Source of the DNA: Bacteroidales bacterium UBA1757
Lineage (GTDB): Bacteria; Bacteroidota; Bacteroidia; Bacteroidales; UBA1402
Assembly: GCA_002315625.1 (NCBI GenBank)
Contig: DCHH01000039.1
Coordinates: 2,651 to 57,642, forward strand
Direction: 5' to 3'
DNA: 54,992 nucleotides
The position numbers and the translations under genes were made by a program. The notes beneath the pieces are model-generated. The model was not told the origin of the DNA. It did not search any database and saw only the letters and a program-made list of their open reading frames with translations. Of the stretch, positions 28,609-37,750 are shown in pieces. Every line of letters begins with the position of its first letter. Within the stretch, counting starts at the first letter, position 1.

Positions 28609-29576
28609 AAGACGATGGTAAATGAAGGGGTTTGCTGGAAGCCGCGGAGATATTCGTCGGCTGACATCTGGCGCTTGCCGGGAACTTGAAGGCGGCGGAT
28701 TTCCACGAAACCGTCCGAAGTGGCAACTTTCAGGGAGTGCTTGCCGTCGGTAACCACAGTTCCGGCGGGAGCTTTGCCCTCGCGGAGTGCCACCTCGAAA
28801 ATCTTGACGGCAAGCTGTTCACTTTTTCCATTGGCGGAATTAACTTCCAGTGTGGTCCATGCGGCCGGATATGGAGAAAGGCCACGTATGAAATTGTAGA
28901 TTTTCTTTGACGGACGATTCCAGTCAATTTGTGTATTCTCCTTGAAAAGCTTCGGTGCGGGATTGAGTTCTGAAGTTGTTAACTGTTCTTGTGGAATTGC
29001 CTGATAATCACCACTTACCAACAAATCCACAGTTCTTGGAACCAATGTGGCACCAAGTTGCATAAGACGGTCGTGCACAGAACCTGTAGTTTCGTCCGGG
29101 GCTATTTCAATACGCTCCTGAAGCAGTATGTTACCAGTGTCGATTTCGTGTTTGAGCAGGAAAGTGGTAACACCGGTCTCTTTCTCACCGTTGATTACAG
29201 CCCAGTGGATAGGAGCAGCACCGCGGTATTGAGGCAGCAGGGAAGCGTGCAGGTTGAAGGTGCCCATCGGGGGCATGGCCCATACTATTTCGGGCAGCAT
29301 TCGAAAAGCTACAACAATTTGTAAATCAGCATTGTAACTTCTCAGTGCTTCAATGAAAGCCTCGTCTTTAAGTTTTTCGGGCTGCAGAACCGGAAGGCCC
29401 GCTTCGACTGCGTATTGCTTTACGGGTGAAGACTGCATCTTCATCCCCCGTCCGATAGGTTTATCCGGCATTGTGACGACGGCTACGACGTTGTAACCAC
29501 CTTCGACCAATGACCGTAAAGGAGCGACCGCGAAATCGGGTGTCCCCATATAAATTATTCTTGGAGATTTATTCAT
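28605..29576 (-). CDS. fmt: Methionyl-tRNA formyltransferase
   Basis: IIYMGTPDFAV and HASLLPQYRGAAPI motifs. The start MNKSPRIIYMG ends at 29576. The 29663 start would overlap the ClC gene by about 95 nt. Confidence 0.92.
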   Translation of the reverse strand: MNKSPRIIYMGTPDFAVAPLRSLVEGGYNVVAVVTMPDKPIGRGMKMQSSPVKQYAVEAGLPVLQPEKLKDEAFIEALRSYNADLQIVVAFRMLPEIVWAMPPMGTFNLHASLLPQYRGAAPIHWAVINGEKETGVTTFLLKHEIDTGNILLQERIEIAPDETTGSVHDRLMQLGATLVPRTVDLLVSGDYQAIPQEQLTTSELNPAPKLFKENTQIDWNRPSKKIYNFIRGLSPYPAAWTTLEVNSANGKSEQLAVKIFEVALREGKAPAGTVVTDGKHSLKVATSDGFVEIRRLQVPGKRQMSADEYLRGFQQTPSFTIVL

Positions 29577-31347
29577 CTGAGAAATGAACCAGTACTTTTC
29601 TGTATGAATTAAAAATTTTGGACTTCGAGACAAATCCGACGTACCTTCCGTTCTCATCGACAACAGGCAGGTTCCAGGCGTTTGTCCGGTCGAATGTCGT
29701 CATGACCTGTTCCATCGAATCGTGGACGTGAAGAACCGCCGGAGGGGATGACATAATCCTCCTCACAGTGAAACGGTCGTACAGTTCAGAGCGGAACATT
29801 ATATTGCGGATGTCGTCCAAAAGGACCACTCCGACAAATGTCCCGTCCTTTCGGTCAACAACGGGAAAACTGTTGCGGCGTGCCCTGGATATCACTTTGA
29901 CCAATGTGCCGAGAAGCATTTCCGGATAAACCTTGTCAAAATCATCCTCGATGACATTCTCCATCTTAAGCAGGGTCAGCACAGCCTTGTCCTTGTGGTG
30001 GGTGAGAAGTTCGCCCTTCTGGGCAAGCCGCCAGGAATAGATGCTGTGCCTTTCGAAGGCCCGGATGGTTATCAGCGAGATAAGCGAAGTGATCATCAGC
30101 GGCAGGAACAGGGAGTAGCCTCCGGTAAGCTCGGCGATAAGGAAGATTCCGGTCATCGGGGCATGCATTACCCCCGACATGAGGCCTGCCATCCCCATAA
30201 GTGCAAAGTTGCCGTTTGAGACTGTGGCAATGCCGAAATGATTTAGCAGTGAGGCGATTATGAAACCGGTGAAAGCGCCGATGAACAGTGTGGGAGCAAA
30301 GACACCACCCACTCCTCCAGCACCGTTGGTAGATGCAGTGGCCAGCACTTTGGTGAAGATAATGAGCAGAAAATAGATGATGATTACACCGAACTTTCCA
30401 GCGTGGCGAAAGAAGAGCGACCCTTCCAGAAGCGTCATTGGCCGGTCGTTGATAAGGGCTTCGATGGAGTCGTAGCCTTCACCGTAAAGAGGGGGGAAAA
30501 AGAAAATCAGAATACTCAATACACCTGCCCCGGCAAGGATTTTCACCCATTGTTTCCTGCGCTTGAACCACCCTTCGAAAATTCCCATTCCCCTTATTAT
30601 GTAGAGTGAGGCAAATCCGCAACAGATTCCAAGCAGAATGACCCAGGGAATGTTGACCAGTGAAAAGATATTGCTGCTGTCGAACGAGAATGTGGCTTGT
30701 GTACCGGATACAACGTATGTGAGGGTGGCTGCCGTAATTGATGATAGGAGCATCGGCATCATTGCAGCGGAGGTGAAGTCGAGCATAAGCACCTCTATGG
30801 CAAACAGCAGACCGGCTATCGGGGCCTTGAAGATACCTGCAATGGCACCTGCCGCACCGCATCCGATAAGAATCATCAGGTCTTTCTGGCTCAGTTTGAA
30901 GAAGTTGCCGATTGTGCTGCCGATGGCTGAGCCTGTCAGGACGATTGGTGCCTCGGCTCCGACCGAACCGCCAAGTCCGATGGTGACCGAGCTTGCCACG
31001 ATGGATGACCAGGTGTTGTGGGGCTTGATGCGCCCCTTGCGCTGAGAGATGGCGTAAAGAATTTTTGTGATGCCGTGGGCAATGTCGTCGCGTACTACAT
31101 GCTTGACAAAAAGGGCGGCCAGCATTATGCCGATTGCCGGAAAAATGAGGTAGTAGTAATGGTGATGCCCCGCCGAGATGCTAAAAGTGACGAAGTTGTG
31201 GAGCTGCTCGATGAGAAATTTCAGGAGTAATGCAGCAAGGGAAGTCAGAAAACCGGTGACCAGACTTAACAGCAACAGTAGCGTGGAGGGCTTGATATGC
31301 CGTTCACGCCATTGCAGAAGTTTGATGTACCAGTCTTTTTCGGGCAT
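29569..31347 (-). CDS. ClC-family voltage-gated chloride channel/antiporter with C-terminal CBS pair
   Basis: 592 aa, polytopic. GSVGAEAP, GIFKAPIAG and GVFAPTLFIGA selectivity-filter-like motifs, with two CBS-like repeats at the C-terminus. Confidence 0.85.
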   Translation of the reverse strand: MPEKDWYIKLLQWRERHIKPSTLLLLLSLVTGFLTSLAALLLKFLIEQLHNFVTFSISAGHHHYYYLIFPAIGIMLAALFVKHVVRDDIAHGITKILYAISQRKGRIKPHNTWSSIVASSVTIGLGGSVGAEAPIVLTGSAIGSTIGNFFKLSQKDLMILIGCGAAGAIAGIFKAPIAGLLFAIEVLMLDFTSAAMMPMLLSSITAATLTYVVSGTQATFSFDSSNIFSLVNIPWVILLGICCGFASLYIIRGMGIFEGWFKRRKQWVKILAGAGVLSILIFFFPPLYGEGYDSIEALINDRPMTLLEGSLFFRHAGKFGVIIIYFLLIIFTKVLATASTNGAGGVGGVFAPTLFIGAFTGFIIASLLNHFGIATVSNGNFALMGMAGLMSGVMHAPMTGIFLIAELTGGYSLFLPLMITSLISLITIRAFERHSIYSWRLAQKGELLTHHKDKAVLTLLKMENVIEDDFDKVYPEMLLGTLVKVISRARRNSFPVVDRKDGTFVGVVLLDDIRNIMFRSELYDRFTVRRIMSSPPAVLHVHDSMEQVMTTFDRTNAWNLPVVDENGRYVGFVSKSKIFNSYRKVLVHFSDE

Positions 31348-31371
31348 TTCACACGGGATTATTCGGAGCGC

Positions 31372-32019
31372 TTAAAGTTGCTTCATCTGACGGATCATGG
31401 CCTTAGGGTCGGGAGCCTTGAAGATGAAGCTGCCGGAGACCAGCACATCGACGCCAGCCTGGTAAAGTTTCTGTGCATTGTCCAGGCAGACACCGCCGTC
31501 GATTTCAATAAGGGCGTGGCTGTTATGGCGGAGTATCATCTCTTTGAGCTCACGCACCTTATTATATGTGTTCTCTATGAACGACTGTCCGCCGAAGCCG
31601 GGATTGACCGACATGAGCAGAACCAGGTCGAGGTCGGCAATGATGTCCTCCAGAAGAGAGACCGGCGTGTGGGGGTTCAGGGTGACGCCTGCCCGCATCC
31701 CTGCCTTGTGGATTTCGGAAATCGTGCGGTGCAGGTGGGTGCACGCCTCGTAGTGGACGTTCATCATGTAGGCGTTGAGGTGCCGGACCTGTGTTATGAA
31801 CTTGTCTGGCTCAACAATCATAAGATGCACATCCAGAGGCTTTTTGCAGATGTCGGCAACTGCTTCTAGCACGGGAAAGCCGAAGGAGATGTTTGGTACA
31901 AAGACACCATCCATCACGTCCAGGTGAAGCCAGTCGGCCTCGCTGGAATTAATCATGTCAATATCGTCCTGCAGGCACTTGAAGTTGGCCGACAGGAGCG
32001 AGGGGGCAATCATTTGCAT
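31372..32019 (-). CDS. rpe: Ribulose-phosphate 3-epimerase
   Basis: 215 aa. IAPSLLSANF, HLDVMDG, VNPGFGGQ and IEIDGG motifs. Confidence 0.92.
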   Translation of the reverse strand: MQMIAPSLLSANFKCLQDDIDMINSSEADWLHLDVMDGVFVPNISFGFPVLEAVADICKKPLDVHLMIVEPDKFITQVRHLNAYMMNVHYEACTHLHRTISEIHKAGMRAGVTLNPHTPVSLLEDIIADLDLVLLMSVNPGFGGQSFIENTYNKVRELKEMILRHNSHALIEIDGGVCLDNAQKLYQAGVDVLVSGSFIFKAPDPKAMIRQMKQL

Positions 32020-32065
32020 GTCTGTTAGTTCATTTGCCCGTTTTTACCGGGCGTGTACATTCGCG

Positions 32066-32073
32066 CAAATGTA
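32066..32073 (-). promoter_or_regulatory. Bacteroides-type -7 box (TACATTTG on minus strand) embedded in a 9-bp-arm palindrome
   Basis: The minus strand reads GTGTACATTTGCGCGAATGTACAC (32053-32076). It contains TAnnTTTG about 47 nt upstream of the rpe ATG. Confidence 0.4.
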
Positions 32074-32264
32074 CACAAAAAATCCAATGTCGAAGCCTTC
32101 GGGCCGCTCGAAACAAGTATTTTTTTATTCACGGGAAGTGCAGGTGTTGGGGTAGAAAAATATTCCATAGGCAGAAAGTGTTTTTGTGCTTCTGGATAAA
32201 TAACGCAGGCGATATGGTTTTCGTATATCGACTGCGAGAATTTTTTGTTGTAGGGGAAAGTTCC

Positions 32265-32858
32265 TTACAGGGTGAGGGTGATGTCGTTTTCGGCGGCCAT
32301 GCGTCGCATGTTTATTACGGCGTAGCGCATACGGCCCAGGGCGGTGTTGATGCTGACGCCGGTTCGCTCGGCAATATCTTTGAACTCCATGTCCTGATAA
32401 TACCGCATAATAACCACTTCCCGTTGATTATCAGGCAAATGTTGCATAAGGCGCTTGACATCTTCGAGAGATTGTTCGCGGATGAGTTTATCCTCGATGT
32501 TCTCGTCGCAGAGATCGATGTCGTTGAAAAGGTCAATTTCCTCGTTCTCGTCGTTCGAAACGGTTTTCCCGTTGCGCTCACGGCGGAAATAGTCGATGAT
32601 TTCGTTGTGTGCAATGCGCAACAGCCAAGAAATCAGCCTTCCGTCGCCGACGTATCGTCCCTGCTTGATGCTGATAATGGCCTTCATGAAGACATCCTGG
32701 AAGATGTCATCAGCCAGATCGTCGTTGCGGACATACAGGAGAATGTAGTTATAGACGTTGTCCTTATGGCGTTCAAGAAGAACATCAAACGCTTGGTTCT
32801 TACCTTTTGCAAACAGTTCGACTAACGCATCGTCAGTCATGGTGCGGATTTCCATCAC
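32265..32858 (-). CDS. ECF-type RNA polymerase sigma-70 factor
   Basis: 197 aa. Region 2 (DIFQDVFMKA...WLLRIAHNEIIDYFR) and region 4 HTH (MEFKDIAERTGVSINTALGRMRYA). Confidence 0.85.
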   Translation of the reverse strand: MMEIRTMTDDALVELFAKGKNQAFDVLLERHKDNVYNYILLYVRNDDLADDIFQDVFMKAIISIKQGRYVGDGRLISWLLRIAHNEIIDYFRRERNGKTVSNDENEEIDLFNDIDLCDENIEDKLIREQSLEDVKRLMQHLPDNQREVVIMRYYQDMEFKDIAERTGVSINTALGRMRYAVINMRRMAAENDITLTL

Positions 32859-33097
32859 TCTTTATTTATAGTTCAAAGAGTAGCTGTCGAACCTATAGGC
32901 AATTGGTTTTAAGGGTTAATAAGGACAAAAATGACTTAAAGGACCGCAAAGAAACGAACAAAATCCGTAACTTCCAAATTCTTGACTAAAAAAGTTGATG
33001 ATTACCCCTATAGCCGTTGCCCTACCTCTGGCGGGATTTGCGGAAAAGGCGGTTGGGGAAAAGAATGTTGAGTTTTGGAAATTTACGGAGTATTGAG

Positions 33098-33105
33098 TAC
33101 TTTTG
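33098..33105 (+). promoter_or_regulatory. Bacteroides-type -7 box (TACTTTTG)
   Basis: Matches TAnnTTTG, 28 nt upstream of the ATG at 33133. Confidence 0.35.
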
Positions 33106-33132
33106 CCGTTTAGAGAAAAAGTCAAGGAAAGT

Positions 33133-33759
33133 ATGGAATTTCAAGACCCTGTAGCACAAATGCGTAGCATCAACGAGAAGTACAGATATGCTTCTACATA
33201 CGGCCTTTATCTGGGTTTGTACATGGGTGCGTTTTATCTTTTGTCAGCCTTGATGAAAGATTCCACTCTGATTCAGGTCCTCTGTTCAATTGGAAACCTC
33301 GGGGCGCTGGTCCTGGCCTGGTATTACATCCGCAAGTATCGTGACGAGGTTCTTGGAGGCTATTCTAAGTTCGGCTGGATATGGAGCTTTGCTTTCTGGC
33401 TCTCCGTATTTGCAGCCCTGATTATGGCGGCTATACACTTCATTCATTTCCAGTGGATTCAGCCAAATTTCATAGCTGAAACATTCAACCAGGCACTGAA
33501 TATGCTGGAGGAAATGAAATACCCTGAGGAGCAGCTGAATGCACTGGTTGATTTCGGTGTTCCTTCGGCAATCCAGCTCACCTTTATGTACCTTTGGTTA
33601 GAAATAATCGGTGGTGCGCTGCTTGCCATTATTTACGGATTGATACTGCAAAGACGTGATGCTTTTGGTGAGTGCCCGGTTCCCAACCAGTCACAGGCAC
33701 CGACCGATGAACAGTCTGATGATACCGATGGCGAACCTTCTGACAAACAAAACGAATAA
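33133..33759 (+). CDS. Small polytopic membrane protein (DUF4199-like, name from memory)
   Basis: Start MEFQDPVAQ. Four hydrophobic helices and an acidic tail. Precedes a GT2 gene, as commonly seen in Bacteroidota. Confidence 0.6.
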   Translation: MEFQDPVAQMRSINEKYRYASTYGLYLGLYMGAFYLLSALMKDSTLIQVLCSIGNLGALVLAWYYIRKYRDEVLGGYSKFGWIWSFAFWLSVFAALIMAAIHFIHFQWIQPNFIAETFNQALNMLEEMKYPEEQLNALVDFGVPSAIQLTFMYLWLEIIGGALLAIIYGLILQRRDAFGECPVPNQSQAPTDEQSDDTDGEPSDKQNE

Positions 33760-33763
33760 CATA

Positions 33764-34717
33764 ATGGATATCAGTATTATAGTGCCTCTGCTGAACGAGG
33801 CGGAATCACTTCCCGATCTCTTTGCATGGATAGAGAGGGTCATGGCTGAAAACCACTTTTCTCACGAGGTCATTTTTATCGATGACGGTTCTACCGACAC
33901 TTCCTGGCAGGTAATCAGCCATTTGCAGGCAGAATATCCTGACATTGTCAAGGCCATCAAGTTCCGCCGTAACTACGGCAAGAGTCCGGCCTTGTTCTGT
34001 GGTTTCAAGAAGGCAGAAGGGGATATCGTTGTCACCATGGATGCCGACCTTCAGGACAGTCCGGAGGAGATTCCTGAAATGCGCAGGATGATTCTTGAAG
34101 AGGGTTATGACCTGGTGTCGGGCTGGAAGAAGAAACGTTACGACTCGAAGTTGGGTAAAAACCTGCCATCGAAGCTTTTCAATGCTACGGCACGCCGTAT
34201 TACAGGCATCTATCTGCACGATATGAACTGCGGTCTGAAGGCGTACAGAAAGGATGTCGTCAAGAATATCGAGGTTTATGGCGAGATGCACCGTTATATC
34301 CCATTCCTGGCAAAGAATGCCGGTTTTGACAAAATCGGCGAGAAGGTGGTTCACCACCAGAAACGTAAATATGGCGTGTCGAAGTTCGGCCTTGACCGCT
34401 TTGTGCACGGCTACCTTGACCTTCTGAGCCTCTGGTTCCTCACAAAGTTCGGCAAGCAGCCGATGTATTTCTTTGGTCTGATTGGAAGTCTCCTGTTCCT
34501 GATTGGGATAATAGCCTGCATCGTAATGGGGTGCGTCAAGCTCACGGCTCTTCACAAGGGAATACCTGCACCGCTTATCACGAATAGCCCCCATTTCTAT
34601 ATCGCATTGACTTGCATATTGTTAGGAACACAACTCTTCCTGAGCGGTTTCATAGCAGAGCTTATTTCGCGCAGTTCTGCCGACCGGAACAACTACGTCA
34701 TTGAAAAGGTTATCTGA
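33764..34717 (+). CDS. GtrB/DPM1-like family 2 glycosyltransferase (polyprenyl-phosphate sugar synthase type)
   Basis: MDISIIVPLLNE, IFIDDGSTD and MDADLQD (DxD) motifs, plus two C-terminal TM helices. ATG at 33764. Confidence 0.88.
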   Translation: MDISIIVPLLNEAESLPDLFAWIERVMAENHFSHEVIFIDDGSTDTSWQVISHLQAEYPDIVKAIKFRRNYGKSPALFCGFKKAEGDIVVTMDADLQDSPEEIPEMRRMILEEGYDLVSGWKKKRYDSKLGKNLPSKLFNATARRITGIYLHDMNCGLKAYRKDVVKNIEVYGEMHRYIPFLAKNAGFDKIGEKVVHHQKRKYGVSKFGLDRFVHGYLDLLSLWFLTKFGKQPMYFFGLIGSLLFLIGIIACIVMGCVKLTALHKGIPAPLITNSPHFYIALTCILLGTQLFLSGFIAELISRSSADRNNYVIEKVI

Positions 34718-34733
34718 TTTATATCCTGAGAAA

Positions 34734-35234
34734 ATGCCGAGAATCCGTTTGGGTGGTGGAAAGGTATGGACGCTGCTATTTGTTGTGGTGACTGTGGTGT
34801 GTCTTGCTTCGTGCACAGCCACAGGCAACAAGAACTGCACAGCCAAGACAGATGTATTTCTAAAGGCGGATTTCTACTCTGCCGAATATTCTTCCTCCTG
34901 CTCGTTGACCCTTGGTTTTGTCAAAGGCTTGGGAACCGATTCGGTATGGATGAAACCGACTTCCGCATCAACACTGTCGCTGCCGCTTCAGCCCAATGAT
35001 TCGCTGACAGCATTTGCAATGTCTTTCATGATGATTGACAGTACGTTTGTGACCGATACTGTCTTTTTCCTTCATACCAACCAGCCATACGTTCTGTCTA
35101 TGGAGTGTGGCGGAGTCGTGATGCATGACCTCGAAGCGGCTGATTGTACGAAACACTGCCTTGATTCTGTGACCATTGTCGAGGCCCATGTTGACAATGT
35201 CTTGACCACCAACATAAAAATCTGGATACCATGA
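34734..35234 (+). CDS. Hypothetical lipoprotein
   Basis: ATG at 34734 (the ORF-track start at 34701 is TTG). Lipobox VVCLASCTATG. The stop overlaps the next start as ATGA. Confidence 0.55.
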   Translation: MPRIRLGGGKVWTLLFVVVTVVCLASCTATGNKNCTAKTDVFLKADFYSAEYSSSCSLTLGFVKGLGTDSVWMKPTSASTLSLPLQPNDSLTAFAMSFMMIDSTFVTDTVFFLHTNQPYVLSMECGGVVMHDLEAADCTKHCLDSVTIVEAHVDNVLTTNIKIWIP

Positions 35235-36013
35235 GTTTGCGTAAGGTCTTGGTGCTTGGGATTCTTTGTCTGTCGGCAATAGTAGCGATGGGCCAGTCTT
35301 CGATGGGTGGACTCACTTCTTCGTTGGGGTCGGCTATGGGCAGCGGTTCTCAGGGCTCGTCAGACAAGCCGCTCAAGGCGAAACCACGAGAGCCTAAGGA
35401 TACTATTTGCTGGCACGGACAGTTCGTCGGCCTGAACCTTGTTCCACCCGCCAAGGCGGTCTTTTCCCCTAACTGGGGCATACAAATCCAATACAACTGC
35501 AATCTGTACAACCGGTTTTTCCCCGTTGTCGAACTGGGATATGCCCGTCTTCGTGAGACCCGTGACCTGGCTGACTGGCAGGCAAAGCAGTTCTCACAGA
35601 CACTGACCACGATGTACCGGGGTAGCGGCTTCTACGGGAAAATAGGTCTCGATGTCCCCATTGCCAAGAAGGGGCCGAATGCAAACAACCTGTTTTTTGT
35701 GGGCGTGAGGTATGCCGGTGCCACTTTCAACTATGAGATTCTGACCACGCCGTTCCTTGCCACTTACTGGGCGGATGCATACGTTATGAATATCGTCAAT
35801 CAACATTCGCTGGCCCATTGGTTGGAACTGGTTGCAGGATTGAGGGTTGAAATCACACCTTCAATCTCACTAGGGTGGACGTTTACCTATAATCACCTGT
35901 TGGGAAGAACCAATGGCGACATGTCTGTGGCATCCTATGTGCCAGGCTACGGACGCGATGAGAACTGGTTGCCGACGCTCGGTGCATGGTTCTACTGGCA
36001 TCTTCCCTGGTAA
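35231..36013 (+). CDS. Hypothetical outer-membrane beta-barrel protein
   Basis: Signal peptide ...AIVAMGQ, a G/S-rich linker, amphipathic strands and the terminal aromatic ...YWHLPW. Confidence 0.55.
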   Translation: MSLRKVLVLGILCLSAIVAMGQSSMGGLTSSLGSAMGSGSQGSSDKPLKAKPREPKDTICWHGQFVGLNLVPPAKAVFSPNWGIQIQYNCNLYNRFFPVVELGYARLRETRDLADWQAKQFSQTLTTMYRGSGFYGKIGLDVPIAKKGPNANNLFFVGVRYAGATFNYEILTTPFLATYWADAYVMNIVNQHSLAHWLELVAGLRVEITPSISLGWTFTYNHLLGRTNGDMSVASYVPGYGRDENWLPTLGAWFYWHLPW

Positions 36014-36027
36014 CATTTTGTCGGAGT

Positions 36028-37038
36028 ATGCTTAAAAGGATTTCGTCGTATTTTTTGCTCATATACTTTCTTGTAAGTTGTTCGTCTAAAACTACAAGTT
36101 ACATCCAAAACGCTGGTGAGATTTTTCATACGACATACCATATTACATATTGTAGTGCTGAGGATTGTCAGCCGGCCATAGACTCCTGCCTTCAGATGGT
36201 CGATGCATCCCTGTCGATGTTCAATCCCTATTCCACCATCAGCCGGATTAATGCCGCTGGTACTGAACCTGTTGATATATCCTCTGACACACTGGCTTGT
36301 TTTTTGATTTCCAAGGCGCGGAAGATATCAGCATTCACTGATGGAGCCTTCGATATCACTGTTGCGCCACTTGTCAATTTGTGGGGTTTCGGACTGAAGA
36401 AAAGTGCGGATGTCACACCAGAGCAAGTTGATAGCATACGTGAATTCATTGGGTATCAGAAGTTTTCGTTTGACGGACGCTTTGTGACAAAGGGTGACGC
36501 CCGCATGAAACTTGATGCTTCGGCTATAGCCAAGGGATATGCATGTGACGTGGTGGCGGGATTGTTGGAAAGTCTTGGCTGTAAGAACTATCTGGTGGAA
36601 ATTGGCGGAGAAATATGTATGAAGGGGATGAATGCCAAGGGGGAGCCATGGAAAGTTGGCGTTGACAAGCCGGTCAGCGACCTTTTAGCGTCAGACCGTC
36701 AGTTGCAAGCGACTATCCAGCTGACAGACAAGGGGATGGCCACTTCGGGCAATTACCGGAACTTCTACACCAAGGACGGCCGTCGGATTGCCCACACGAT
36801 TGACCCTCATACCGGCTACCCTGTCGAGCATTCTCTTTTGAGTGCTACTGTGCTGGCAACAGACTGTATGACAGCAGATGCTCTGGCTACTTCGTTTATG
36901 GTGATGGGACTGGAAGAGGCGAAAGAGTTGTGTTCCAAACTGACTGATGTTCTGTGCTATTTCATCTATTGCGACGAGAAAGGAGACTTTCAGACATGGT
37001 GCTCCCCCTCTTTGTCAACATATCTCCGCCAATTATGA
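36028..37038 (+). CDS. apbE: FAD:protein FMN transferase (ApbE family) lipoprotein
   Basis: Lipobox FLVSCSS, AFDITVAPLVNLWGF, GMATSGNYRNF and HTIDPHTGYP motifs. ATG at 36028. Confidence 0.85.
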   Translation: MLKRISSYFLLIYFLVSCSSKTTSYIQNAGEIFHTTYHITYCSAEDCQPAIDSCLQMVDASLSMFNPYSTISRINAAGTEPVDISSDTLACFLISKARKISAFTDGAFDITVAPLVNLWGFGLKKSADVTPEQVDSIREFIGYQKFSFDGRFVTKGDARMKLDASAIAKGYACDVVAGLLESLGCKNYLVEIGGEICMKGMNAKGEPWKVGVDKPVSDLLASDRQLQATIQLTDKGMATSGNYRNFYTKDGRRIAHTIDPHTGYPVEHSLLSATVLATDCMTADALATSFMVMGLEEAKELCSKLTDVLCYFIYCDEKGDFQTWCSPSLSTYLRQL

Positions 37039-37093
37039 CATATTTGTCACCTTGGCACAAAATTTGTTACCAAGCGGAACAAACGATAACAAC

Positions 37094-37735
37094 ATGATAA
37101 TGCGAAAAAAGAAAAAAATGAAACAAGAACAGCCCAAGGCCGAACAACCGGAAGAGATAAATAACAACAATCAGCCCAACGAGCAAACAGCTGAAACACA
37201 GGAAAGTACTTCCGAAAAACAAGAAGAAGTTTCCGAGACTCCTTCAGAGCCCACTCCGGAACTGACTCCAGAGGAGAAACTTCAAAAAGAACTTGACGAA
37301 CTTCAGGTGAAATTTGCTAACCTGAACGATACCTATCTCCGCTCAAGGGCTGAATTCGACAATTACCGCAAGCGTACTCTCGCCGAAAAGGCAGAACTCA
37401 TAAAGAACGGTGGAGAAAAGGTGCTTGTAAACATATTGCCGGTAATTGACGATTTTGAACGCGGTCTGGAAGCGGTCGGAAAGGCTGAAGACGTGGCTGG
37501 CGTGAAGGAAGGTATGGAACTGGTCTATAATAAGATGCAGAACTTCCTCAAACAGAATGGAATTACAGTTATGGAGACTGAGGGAAAGGCTTTTGACACT
37601 GACCAGCACGAAGCCATTACCATGATTCCGGCCCCGACAGAAGAGCTCAAGGGAAAAGTTGTAGATTGCATCCAGAAAGGCTATTACCTGAACGACAAGG
37701 TGATACGCTATGCAAAAGTGGTCGTAGGCAATTAA
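37094..37735 (+). CDS. grpE: Nucleotide exchange factor GrpE
   Basis: K/E/Q-rich N-terminal extension, then YLRSRAEFDNYRKR and the C-terminal beta domain (...YLNDKVIRYAKVVV). ATG at 37094; an alternative ATG is at 37118. Confidence 0.9.
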   Translation: MIMRKKKKMKQEQPKAEQPEEINNNNQPNEQTAETQESTSEKQEEVSETPSEPTPELTPEEKLQKELDELQVKFANLNDTYLRSRAEFDNYRKRTLAEKAELIKNGGEKVLVNILPVIDDFERGLEAVGKAEDVAGVKEGMELVYNKMQNFLKQNGITVMETEGKAFDTDQHEAITMIPAPTEELKGKVVDCIQKGYYLNDKVIRYAKVVVGN

Positions 37736-37750
37736 ACTGCAGCTACGGAT

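Noticed and set aside
29577-29663. N-terminally extended ORF-track starts. Examples are fmt 29663, DUF2723-like 15177, GT2 33656, grpE 36947, apbE 35986, ATPase 46058, S41 47103, GH2 paralogue 52800 and lipoprotein 34701.
   Set aside because: The extensions overlap upstream genes or promoter boxes, use TTG/GTG where a nearby ATG gives a proper signal peptide or conserved N-terminus, and add non-conserved residues. Internal starts were adopted.
32053-32076. Palindrome GTGTACATT-N6-AATGTACAC as a terminator for the sigma-factor gene.
   Set aside because: On the transcribed (minus) strand the T-run precedes rather than follows the hairpin. The element contains a TAnnTTTG box correctly placed for rpe, so it is called as a promoter/operator instead.
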